From NCBI RefSeq assembly GCF_001194135.2, contig NC_068982.1:86538110-86588646 (forward strand): a DNA stretch of 50,537 nucleotides, given 5' to 3'. Below are positions 1 through 10,496 of this stretch, piece by piece (position 1 is the stretch's first letter; the number at the start of each line of letters is the position of its first letter). The notes below the pieces were generated by a model, which saw only the letters and a program-made list of their open reading frames with translations, ran no database searches and was not told where the DNA came from. Source of the DNA: Octopus bimaculoides (lineage: Eukaryota). The position numbers were made by a program, and so were the translations under genes.

Positions 1-11
1 TCAGGGGGGCG

Positions 12-294
12 TGTGGTGTTATGGGCTGTGACAAGCTATGTGTTGAGGTGGAGAGGGGTGAGGCAAACAGAGGTGAAGCCAGACCGGAAGGGCCAAACCG
101 GAAGGGTCAGATCGGAAGTCGGCGACACGCGGTCGAAGGCTAGCACGTGGGGCCAGTGAGAAAACAGCGACGTTATGAGAAAGACGTGTTCTGATTAGGA
201 GCGATCGTGTACCCCGCTGCGGTCGGCAAGGTAAGGTCCAACGCTTCATTCTGTCCTTTTGCTTCTTGTGATCTTCTTCCTCCATCGCACCACA
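12..294 (+). mobile_element. LTR (3' LTR of an upstream LTR retrotransposon)
   Basis: Starts TGTGGTG and ends CACCACA (7-bp terminal inverted repeat, TG...CA rule). Immediately preceded by the purine tract AGGGGGG (3-9), consistent with a PPT. Confidence 0.75.
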
Positions 295-386
295 GTTCAG
301 CTTAGAAAACATAGTGCTGCCGATGACTACATGGCTATTCAATTTGGAGAATTGGGTATACAAATGCTGATATCTTCAATACTTAC

Positions 387-546
387 TGTGAATCACGGAT
401 GAAAGTTTCAACTGACCAAATGAAAGTTTGCCTTTTTTGCCATACCAGTTATATAGCTCACCTAATTTGCTGGTCAGGACAGGACGTAATATCCTTCACA
501 CTATGTCACTAGTATTTTTACCCGCAAGCACAGCAAAGTAATTAAC
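387..546 (-). pseudogene. DUF4806-like domain exon (decayed)
   Basis: Translates VNYFAVLAGKNTSDIV*RILRPVLTSKLGELYNWYGKKGKLSFGQLKLSSVIH, matching the DUF4806 pattern (GG.n..d.vrrIL...la..yNW.G.kgK..F..l.l..vI). GTAAGT donor follows (386-381). In-frame TGA at 498-496; acceptor reads TTTTCAT instead of CAG. Confidence 0.65.
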
Positions 547-1307
547 ATGAAAATGAATGGATTCTATCATAAAGCTTTACACTCTAAAAGCTAAATGACT
601 GATAATACATTAACACTTTATATTATGAGAACACAAAAGAGCACAGCTACCTTTAACAGGATAGAAAAGTTGTCAATCATTCCAAACATATTTGAATTAT
701 AAATTAGATGTAAGGGTTTCAACAATTTTGTTTTAATAACAGAGTAATAAATTTGGGTTGGCAAATATAAGAGCCCAGAAAGATATCCCATCATTAAATT
801 ACATATGGTGCACAATGTCAATTTCAGCATCTAGGCTATTTTGTGACAAACAGTGACAATATACAAATAGGATCAAGTTTTGCAAATTGTTTATGCATAT
901 GATGTCCACTTGCCAGAGGATTTAGACCCACTGCTATCAATTAACTTATCTTACCAGTAAAACAGAACATGTAAACCACTGTATACAAGCACCATGTTAC
1001 TTTCTGAGGTTCCTGCTGGGACCTTAATCAAATGATCTTTTCAACTGAATATCAGGTTGATGTGTTTAAATATTTTTGATTTCTATACATTCAAAACAAA
1101 CTGAATCTGGGGTTATGAGGACTGAGATGAGCATACAATGATGGGTGTGAGTTTCTTTGGTGTGTGGGGGGGATATGAAAACACACGCATGTGAAGAATG
1201 ATGGAAGCAATAGTCACATGTAAGTAGACAGATCAGTTAGAGAGGGGCAGAGTGGTTATTAATGAACCAGCAGGTAAAACCACGAAAATGTAAAATGTAT
1301 AACTTAC

Positions 1308-1412
1308 CATGTTATTTTGAACCACACCATCACTTAATTCAGCTTCCAAAGCCTCAACATCCTCTTGATCCTCACAAAGGAAATGAATTGTGTCAGGGAG
1401 ATTTCTTGGAGA
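1308..1412 (-). pseudogene. Upstream exon of the DUF4806-like gene (truncated)
   Basis: PRNLPDTIHFLCEDQEDVEALEAELSDGVVQNNM ends in phase 0 at a GTAAGT donor (1307-1302) and joins in frame to VNYF... of the 546-387 exon. Matches the P..t.ee...lE..L.d N-terminal part of DUF4806. Confidence 0.55.
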
Positions 1413-1439
1413 CAAGAAATCTCCCTGACACAATTCATG

Positions 1440-3183
1440 TGTGCAGATACAGGTCCTCCCAACTCAGATAAGATACAAGCTGTATCATTTGGTACACTGC
1501 GTTGAAGCAACAGCCATTTGCATCATTTTGATAGATGGTCACGAAGCCTGAGTGCTACCCGCAACACGCATGAAACGTGTTGGTACCACTGAAACTTCAG
1601 AACATGGGCACAGAAATGCACAATCCCATGCTCATTTTCAGCATCCAGTTTGGGAAACGACACAGCCAGGAATTGAACGTGATGGAAGTTCTTGACTCTC
1701 ACCCACAAAGTCGCCTGTTTTTCGTTTGCGATCATGTAACAGGCATGCGTTTCCTGGTTGTTCCATGGAAGCCAGCATAATCCTTATTTCCAACACTTTG
1801 GGAAAAAGAAAAGAGACACCAGTCTGTCTTCAGGCAGTTAACCACTCACCCATTCCAACCTACGGTGAACAGTCACTAACGCTGAACTTAGGACTACGCC
1901 CCACCTTCCAGTGGGTATTCATCATAGCTAAACTGCCGACCCCTATCTTAGGAGCCGATTTCCTGCATCATTTTGGTCTCCTAGTAGACATTAAACACAG
2001 GAGACTGGTTGACAACACCACACAGCTCACTGTGCATGGTATAGCCACTTGTATGGCCACAGTCAGCCCAACTAGTTTACTAATGATGACAACTCACCAC
2101 AGTGCTATCCTGAAAGAATATCTGGACATTGCTCAACCAGTATTCTATAGCCAGCCAATCAAACATGAAGTTATCCACCACGTCAAAACCAGTGGTTCAC
2201 CTATTGCTGCAAGACCCAGAAGGTTACCACCTGATTGTCTCAAGGCCGTCAAGCAGGAATTCCAACATATGCTCAACCTTGGAATCATCTGCTCGTCCAG
2301 CAACAACTGGTCCTTGCCAATACATGGCATTCCAAAAAAACCATCGACTGATTGGCGAGTTTGCGGTGATTATCAATCGCTGAACAACTGCACCGTAAGT
2401 GATGCATATCCAGTCCCCTATTTTCAGGATTTTTCTAGCTCGCTTCATGGAGCTCACATCTTTTCAAAGATCGACCTTGTATGAGCATACAACCAAATCC
2501 TGGTGGAACCTGCAGACATCCCCAAAACAGCAGTTACAACACCCTTCAGAATGTTTGAATTCCTGCATATGCCTTTTGGTTTATGCAACGCGGCACAGAC
2601 ATTCCAAAGGTTTATTGATATGGTTACCAGACGACATACTCGTGGCCAGTAGCTCGGACGAAGAACCTGCACCTGCTATTCGAACACCTGCACAAATACG
2701 GTGGTGTTATCAACCCCTGCAAGTGTTCGTTCGGAGTTGTTTCCCTTCATTTTCTCAGGCACATCGTTGATAAAGATGGCATTTGCGCCTTCCTGAGAAA
2801 GTCAAGGCCATCGTAGATTTTCCACCACCCACATCTCTCCGTAAATTAAGAGAGTTTCTCGGTTTAGTGAATTTCGATCGCAGATTTTTACCCCACCTCA
2901 CTGAGATACGCAACCGCTCATGGATTTGCTACGTCAGCAAACTTGCAAAAACACGAATATTGCCCTGAATCAACTCGCCTCTTTCACTACCCTGAAATAA
3001 AAAGCGTTATCCAATGCTACCATGTTGGTGTATCTGAAACCAGATGCCCCACTGTGTACTCATTGACGTATCCGATTCCAGAGTTGGAGGTTGTACTACA
3101 GCAGTTTGTTGACGGCTTATGGCAACCGTCGTCCTTCTTTTCTAAAGAAGTTAAAACCCGCTGAAACTAAATACAGCACTTTC
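1440..3183 (+). mobile_element. Gypsy (CsRn1-like) internal fragment: gag C-terminus, protease, RT, start of RNase H; degenerate
   Basis: CWYH*NFRTWAQKCTIPC (CHCC motif); SRLFFVCDHVTGMRFLV; PILGADFLHHFGLLVD; WRVCGDYQSLN; FSKIDLV; LREFLGLVNF; AETKYSTF. Multiple stops and frameshifts, no LTRs. Confidence 0.9.
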
Positions 3184-4660
3184 ATACAGTTCTATATTTA
3201 AGAGAGTGAGGTACATTATTTACAATTGACGGATATTTGTTAAAACGTTTCAGTTCTCATTCTTAAGGTATTTTTTGATGTTGTTGTTATTGTTATTATT
3301 ATTATTAGTAGTATTATTCAGGTCAGTGCTGGCGGGAATTGAACTCGGAATCTTGGGGTTAGTAGCCCACACTCTTAACCACTACACCATATGCCCGTGG
3401 GCATTTAAGGAGTGAAATTTAGGGCTGATAAATCTAATATTCTCCTATTTTTCCTTAATACTGGTTCCCATATGCTGTTCATATCTGCACTCGGCCTGCT
3501 TAGGAGGTTGTTGTGTCCTAGCATATGTGTTACTTCCTTTAGTTTTCGTATTTTCCAGTGGTGTTCTCTGTCTATTATTTTAACTTTATCCCACAGGTGG
3601 AGGTGGTCTCCATTTTTCCATACACGATCAGCTATACTCGATTTATCAATATCTCCTCATGTCACAGTTTTGCGATGTTCGTCTACCCTTATTTTGAGGG
3701 GGCGACATGTTTAGCCTTTGCATAACCTACCACAGCTGTATGGGATGGAGTACACGCAGTTCTTAGTCATATTCTCTTCTATTGGTGGTTTTACTTGAAG
3801 GAGATATTTGTGAAGTGTTGTATTACTTTTGAATACTGTCCTGATGTCATATGGGCCACATATCTTTTGTATCTTTTCGGAGAGGCCTTTCACATAGGGT
3901 AGACAAACTGTGGACAGTTTATCAGTTTCATCCTCTCTTTTCTTCCTAATTGGAGTGGAGAGTATGCTTTTGGGGTAGTTGTTACTTAACAGATTGTTAC
4001 TGAGCTTGATCATTTCTTTGTGGTGAGTATCACGATTGCTACTTATATTCATTGCACGATGTTTTAGGCACTGAACTATCCCTCTCTTTACACTGTATGG
4101 ATGGTGAGAGTTGAAGTTGAGGTATCGTCCAGTGAAGGTCGGCTTGCATTATACAGATGTCCTGAATCCATACTTGGTGCATGTTATTAATACATCCAGG
4201 AATGTTAGCTGATTGTCTTTTTCTTTTTCCATTGTGAACTGAATGGATGGCTTTATTGAGTTCACATGATCTAACAGCACTTGGACATCTTCCTGGTGGA
4301 GCCAGAGTATGAAGGTGTCATCAACATATCACAGCCATAGGGTTGGTTTTAGTGGTGCTGATCCTAAAGCCAAATTCTCAAAGTATTCCATGTATATATT
4401 GGCTATTATTGGTGATAATGGTGAACCCATAGCTAAACTCTCTTCTTGTAGCTACATATCAGTGTCCATGCTGAAGTAGGTAGTTTCTACACAAAAGGTC
4501 AACATTTCCATCAAGTTCCTTATTGGTATACTAGTGCGTTCTTTTAGATGGGTATCTGTCACTAGTTTTTCTTGAATCACTGATAGTGAACCTATAGTTC
4601 ACCAAAGTCCCAACTAGTGAAGCACTATCAATGATTCAAGAAAAACTAGTGACAGACACA
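3184..4660 (-). mobile_element. Penelope-like element, 5'-truncated (RT C-terminal part + GIY-YIG endonuclease + 3' region)
   Basis: LAMGSPLSPIIANIYMEYFE, YVDDTF, FLDVLI, YLNFNSHHP, LPYVKGLSEKI, VYSIPYSCG, ETCRPLKIRV.EH motifs on the - strand; disrupted by stops. Confidence 0.88.
3326..3397 (-). repeat. tRNA-derived sequence in the 3' region of the Penelope-like element
   Basis: GGCATATGGTGTAGTGGTTAAGAGTGTGGGCTACTAACCCCAAGATTCCGAGTTCAATTCC: A-box (TGGTGTAGTGG), anticodon-like hairpin and B-box (GAGTTCAATTCC). Acceptor stem does not pair well, so not a functional tRNA. Confidence 0.7.
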
Positions 4661-5329
4661 TTTTGAGCTGTGGTAGGTTTATGTTGGTTTATTTTCTGTT
4701 TGTTTTTGGCGTCACGCATCAAAACGAAGAATCTGTCAGATGTTGATAACCACTCAATTATTAGCTTTAAATGTAAATGCCATAATGTTTGTTGATGTTT
4801 AAAAAAAAAACGATTTTAACAACTTTTTTCTTCCCAATTTAACATACCTTAAATTAAATGTTTGGATCTAAGTTTTGAAAAATGGTGTGCACTATTCTAA
4901 ACATTTTCAGTCTTATTTATGACACTAGATAAATCACTTGTTTTTTTTTATATCCTAACTTTTGACAGGGATATTGAATTTCCCTGCTTTTGATGTGGAA
5001 AATGAAAGAATTGCATTTTGAGTTGCTTTTCCTGTCTCAGCTTGGAACACTTGAATATTGCTTGTCCAGTTGCAGTACGACAGCAATCCAACGTCCGCCT
5101 AAAAAACAAACAAACAATACTGCTACAAATACAATTTTTTCTACATTGACCATGATAGTAGTAAATGGAACTGACAATGAGAAATGCAAAATGTAATTAT
5201 GCAAAATGTAAAATAACTCTGATTTGATGTCGTTTTGATGACGGACTGATATCGGCAAAAAATTACCGATATTCCGCTTTTCACCCGATATGGTCCTATT
5301 GGCTGGGGTCATGTATTGTGCCACACAGG

Positions 5330-7250
5330 TGGCAAGGTGACTGATGTCTGCAGAGAGACGTTACAAGAATGGAGATGGATGATGGGGGCAGCAACAGTTG
5401 TTGAACTAAGTTGGCATATCTGCAGCTCCATATGAGTGAGAAACTGGCAGCATCAGCTGGTGCAATACAAGGGCCAGACATACTATTTGACCAGGCTGGG
5501 TTTTGGGCTGAATTCTGTGCCAAAGATCATAGCGACAGTGCTCAAATATATCCAGGGAAAGGTTGATAAGGTAAAAAAAAAGCCACCAATTCCTATAGAG
5601 ATGACATCCTAGGAGATGAGACTGTAATGTCTGCTGCAAAGGTCGTAGGTCACCTGAAGAAGTTCAGGTTGACTATGAAATCACTGGAACCAATGGTTGG
5701 AGGACCTACACTGGGGCTCAAGCTTTAAAGAGACAAAACAGGTGCGTTGGTGTTTTGGAGACGGAATGAGATTCCAGAGCTGCATACCAGTGTCAACAAA
5801 TAAGAACTGTTCTCAATGTGGGAGTCTAGTTGGTCCCTATCCAATTGCAGGGTGGCTTTGAACAGCATGCATCTAAGTCAAGAGACAAGCAGATGGGGCA
5901 AGATGGGAAGACAAAGTAGGAGAGAGGATGGTGATGATGATGCAGGAGATCCTAGAGAGGGTAAGAGAAGAAGACCCAGTTAGAGGAAGCTGGCATGTTC
6001 CCAAATTGGAGAACAAGACCATATGGTGTGATGCTAGCAGCATAGCAATAGGGGTTGTCCTGAAAATTAGAGGTGTTGAAGTGAAAGATGCAGTCTGGCT
6101 CTGAAAAGCAGATGATTACAACCACATCAATATGGCTGAGTTGGATGTAGTGCTGAAGAGGGTGAATCTGGCCCTGAGATGGGGGCTGTGCTCTATCGAA
6201 ATCTGAACTGATTTGGCTACTGTGCATGGATGGGTTTGAATCAAAGGGGCTGCAGTGATCTTAGTAAAGCACTGTCTAGGGGTTCTGGGAGAGTTAGCTG
6301 TCGAAATTGGTTTGAAGCTGAGTGTGATCTTTGTGCCCTCAGAAAAGAATATGGGAGACCTGGTTGGTAGTGCTAGAAGACTTGGAGTGAGAGATAGCTG
6401 CAGCATATCAGCTAGGTAACCCAGATCTAAGAGGATTGCATTTCACGCCTCACATGGGTGTGGATAGAACCCTGTATCTTGCCAGGAGGGTTGACTCTGA
6501 TGTCACTTGGCAGAGCTTTCAAAAAGTGGTTGGGAGCTGTGATAGGTGCCAATCTATTGACCCTGCTCCAGGTGTACACAAGCCAGGAAACATCTCTGTA
6601 GAGAACAACTGGAGGTGGATGTGACACACTTCTGCCAGGGGATGTATTTCTCGATGGTGAACTGTGGACCTGGTTGGATAGCTGTAAGAAGGGAAATGAA
6701 GACAGGTACTGCAGATGAGGTTGCACGTTTCCTGTACGAGATATTCCTGGAGTAACACCCTGTGAATGAATTAGTGATAGGCAATGCCACCGCATTTCAT
6801 TCAGAGATGCTAAAGGAGAGGTTTGATAAGTGGAATGTGCACTGCTTCTTCAGAGCAGCATACAGGCTAAGTAGAAATGGGATCATGGATGAAGGCCATG
6901 GCAGAGTGAGGATGCATCTCATCACTGGAGGCAGTATTCTGGTACAATATGTCACCCCAATCAGTACAGGCTGAAGAGTCCATGCCACACAGACCAATAT
7001 TCAGGTATGAGTGGTGGCACCCAAGTACAACATCAGAATGCCTTGTGGAAGTGAGAGGGCCTACATTCGTGTAGGTAGGAGATGAAGTCTGAGTTAGAGG
7101 AACAGTGATGGCTGTTAATTCCAAAAATGATGCTTCTGTAGATGGAATGCCATGTCACAATACTTGGATGTTTGCAGAATTGTTGCTTTGTTGGACAATG
7201 AAGGTGGAGAAGAGGAAGTGAGCAGAGCTTCATCCCTGTGGAGATCACAG
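5330..7250 (+). mobile_element. Degenerate Gypsy-type pol (RT, RNase H, integrase)
   Basis: YLTRLGFGLNSVPKII, YRDDIL, VWCDASSIAIGVVL, HINMAELDVVL, HMGVDRTLYLARR, CDRCQSIDPAP, NELVIGNATAF; many stops and frameshifts. Confidence 0.8.
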
Positions 7251-7614
7251 TGAACGAGATGTCCGCCTGGATGGATGGCAGATTTCGACATCGAATGAAG
7301 TGAGGAGGTGATCTTTGAGATCAGTGGGGTATGTGAGGATGAGGTGAACCAGAAGGAAAGGACAGTGATGTCAACAGCTGAAGGGCCCCATCAGAAGAAG
7401 AAGAGGGAGTAACGAAGTGAAGGAAATAGGACCAGTGTGGTCTTCTTTTGGCCTTGACACAGTCGTAGTGAATGGACACATGTGGCCGTGTGGGCGAGAC
7501 AGGGCTTTAGTTGTAGCTACTAGTGATAGGTGAAATGAGTAGGGCATGTCTTGGAGTTAACACAGCTGGACAGCCAACACTGAGTGGTAGGTGAACCATA
7601 TTTTGTTTCTCATA

Positions 7615-7797
7615 TTAGTTCCTGCATACTACATTTCTGCTTATAATTTCCAAATACTTTTCAGATGAAAAGGTGTCTGATTTGGGAGATTTAGCTGTTG
7701 TTTCTAGCATGTGCCATGACCATCTTGGTACCTTCCTTGTAGCTCTGTTACTCTGATATGTATTGATGTTTTTCAATATTTTTCTCCCCATCAACAC
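7615..7797 (-). mobile_element. Possible piggyBac-like transposase C-terminal remnant
   Basis: MG..IL.KNINTYQSNRATRKVPRW..HML loosely resembles piggyBac MGGVD..DQ....Y...R.T.RW. Short and degenerate. Confidence 0.3.
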
Positions 7798-7904
7798 ATT
7801 TTATAGAATGATGATGCAGAAGTAACTCATAGCAACACACGTACTTGAAAATTTTACTTTCGAATTAAAATACTTTCCTTTTTCGTGGCAGAAAGAGCAA
7901 GTTT

Positions 7905-8329
7905 GGTTAATGTTTACATCTTGACCCAGAAATGAAAAGCAGAAAAAAAAAAAATACTGGAATGGATGTAAAACTATGTGTAGGAAAAGAATATAAAAAA
8001 AAATGCGCGCAAGGCAACGGGAAGGTGGGGAGAGGACTTCGGATTTTGGGAATTTTCCGAAAGTCCTCTCTCCACCTCAAGATTTTCCCCACAAAGTACT
8101 TTATAGTCGTAATGTATGCCGTTTGAAAAGTATTTCTTTAAAATTTCATTGGAACCCCCCCCCATTTTCCTAAAAGTTATGAGGGAATAGCTCGGATTTT
8201 GTGAATTTTCCGAAGGCCTCTCCGCGTATTTTTTTTTTTTTTTCATATTCGTTTCCTACACTTTGTTTTATACCCATTCCAGTATTTTTTTTAAATTTTC
8301 ATTTCCGGGTCAAGATGTAAACATTAACC
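7905..8329. mobile_element. MITE / non-autonomous DNA transposon with ~110-bp TIRs
   Basis: Left GGTTAATGTTTACATCTTGACCCAGAAATGAAAA...TACTGGAATGG is the reverse complement of right CCATTCCAGTA...TTTCATTTCCGGGTCAAGATGTAAACATTAACC. Flanked by TTT on both sides; no coding capacity. Confidence 0.8.
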
Positions 8330-8601
8330 TTTTTTTTTTATCACATTAAAACAATTCTGAAGTAAAAATCTAAAACCGAAACAAACAGTAAAATCTTAGT
8401 TTCTGTTCTATACGTTGCTATTTAAATACTCGAAATGGAAACAGTATAATGTATTTGGTTTCTGTTGATACGTTACTATATACTTAGTTTGAATATATAT
8501 AAAGAGAAAAAAAGAATCCAAGGAGACTGATGATTATTTAGAAAAAGTTGCGGTTAACCAATTGTCGTTCGATCTACTTAGAGAACAGTAAGTGCCTTCA
8601 A

Positions 8602-8690
8602 GTTGTCATTGCAACTTTTAGCAAAATCTGGAATAAAAAAATCGCTGTAGAAGGGAAACAACTCTTTATCGGTGTAATTACCATGGAAAC
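8602..8690 (+). promoter_or_regulatory. Two candidate RFX X-boxes upstream of SPEF1
   Basis: GTTGTCATTGCAAC (8602-8615) and ATTACCATGGAAAC (8677-8690) each differ by one position from the X-box consensus GTHNYYATRRNAAC; 320-400 bp upstream of the ATG of a ciliary gene. Confidence 0.5.
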
Positions 8691-9008
8691 AGCATATGAA
8701 ACTAGGTCAAGTTCTCGACTTGGAAACGCAACCGGTGCGTTGGGAAATTTAGGTCCCAATATAAGTTTAATTTGGTTTACAACTGCTACGTAATTGATAT
8801 AAGTGGAAAGCCAACTTTTAAAATAATTATAAAAGTAATACATTTAATGAAATTTTACTCCATATTATTCCTTTCTGCTCTTGTATAGTAAATACACACC
8901 TACGTGTTATATAAGTAGTATCCATCGATACATTTGCATATTTTCATAAATGAATGTATGAATTGAAACTTGTCACTGTGTTGTTGCAATATAATAATTA
9001 CATACACA

Positions 9009-9111
9009 ATGGAACTTGAAGATGCAGTTCTGGAGGAAATTTACAGCTGGGTTGACCAACATCGTCTTTCGAGACCCAAGCGGAATATTGCCAGAGATTT
9101 TTGTGATGGTG
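9009..9111 (+). CDS. SPEF1: Sperm flagellar protein 1 homologue, coding exon 1
   Basis: MELEDAVLEEIYSWVDQHRLSRPKRNIARDFCDG matches the SPEF1 N-terminus (LY.WVD.IPLSRPKRN.SRDFSDG). Donor GTAATT at 9112, phase 1. Confidence 0.93.
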
Positions 9112-9245
9112 GTAATTAAGATTTTATTTTGTTATGGCCGTTTTATTTACTAAGTTTGACGTCTATTTAAACATCATATAGTCTATAACGAAAAGATACT
9201 CTAAAACCAATAATAAGCGTTGCACACCAAAGATTTTTAAATATT

Positions 9246-9348
9246 AAAATATTTGGCGAAGGTAAAGAATACGTACACCCGGTGGTTAGGGTTTTTGTTA
9301 CGTCGAAAACCTGTGGTGTACGTATTCTTTACCTCTGCCGAATATTTT
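9246..9348. repeat. Imperfect 33-bp inverted repeat (hairpin / mini-MITE)
   Basis: AAATATTTGGCGAAGGTAAAGAATACGTACACC pairs with GGTGTACGTATTCTTTACCTCTGCCGAATATTT (3 mismatches); an inner GGTTTT/AAAACC stem is also present. Confidence 0.75.
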
Positions 9349-10496
9349 CCATCGTTAATTCATCTCACAAACACCTAAAATGAAACCTATGGCACTGAGC
9401 ACCCTTAAATAATAATGATAGTTTAGCTTTTTGTAAGACGTATGCATCAGCTATAAATAATTAAAAAGATCTCATGCTAGTGTGAGGTGTGAAATTAGTA
9501 CAGCAGCTAGGGATAATGACGAAAATGATGATGACCAAGATTGAGCAAATTTAAAAAATGGTGCAATATACCTATATATATAAAAAAAAAATTCTTAAAA
9601 AGATGCTAAATTTAACCTCTAATCTAGATAACGTTTTGGCTAGATTCTTGGTGTTGTTTTAAGAAAATTATGCTTTCTTCATACAACTGAAGACTGCAAC
9701 CCCACAATCCCCAAGTTTTCACATGCAGAAGCACTGTAACTGTACAGGCAAAGATACTGTTTATAACACTTGTATGAAACTACTTTCTGCAACCAAGTGA
9801 GAAGTGTCAATTTGCTATTGAAACTCTTATAAGACAAAATTTCTAGGAGAACTTTTGCATAGCACATAGCTTGCAAGTTCTCTGATCTGAACAATTGCAA
9901 AAATGCTTTCTGGTTTCATATTAAATTTGCAGGATATATCACTTAGTCATGCATTTGCTATTCTGCTTCACATGCAATTCCACAATGTATACCTTAAACT
10001 AATCTCCAAACTTCATCTTATGGAATCTCTTACCTCATGACTATGTGTGCACAATCTTTCCTATGTCCATTCCAGTTTAATAAAGTAAACATTTTTGAGA
10101 GTGTTCCTGCCATCACCTATAAACAGTATGGATATGAACTGGACTCTATTCTCAATCATCTTTTTAACTTTTTTCCCCTGCACATGGGAATATTTTTGAC
10201 ATAACTTTCTTGCTTGATTGCCTCTTAATGAGTGCTTCCCACTCTCTCATTTTTTTGATTAAGAGATAGTCAGAGAAAGTTTTTTCACCAATTGATGTAA
10301 TGAATTAGTCAGGCAAAAAAATTTTAAATGTTCATGTGAGTTTGATTATATTTTCCACATTTTATACATCAGTTCTCCGGTCGCTATTAACTTTCATCAA
10401 TAAAACTAATTTCTGCTCTTATGAAAACTTGCCTGTCATGACAAAATTGACTTCTAGAAGCACTGTGTGGAGATATGTGTGTTTGATGATATGAGG

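Noticed and set aside
3326-3397. Functional tRNA gene (apparent anticodon ACT)
   Set aside because: Acceptor stem does not pair and it is embedded in a retroelement; treated as tRNA-derived repeat.
5037-5153. Signal-peptide-like ORF MVNVEKIVFVAVLFVCFLGG (- strand)
   Set aside because: 38 codons to a stop, no convincing donor or homology; hydrophobicity is explained by T-rich sequence.
8524-8550. CTGATGA...GAAA in the promoter region
   Set aside because: No stems can form.
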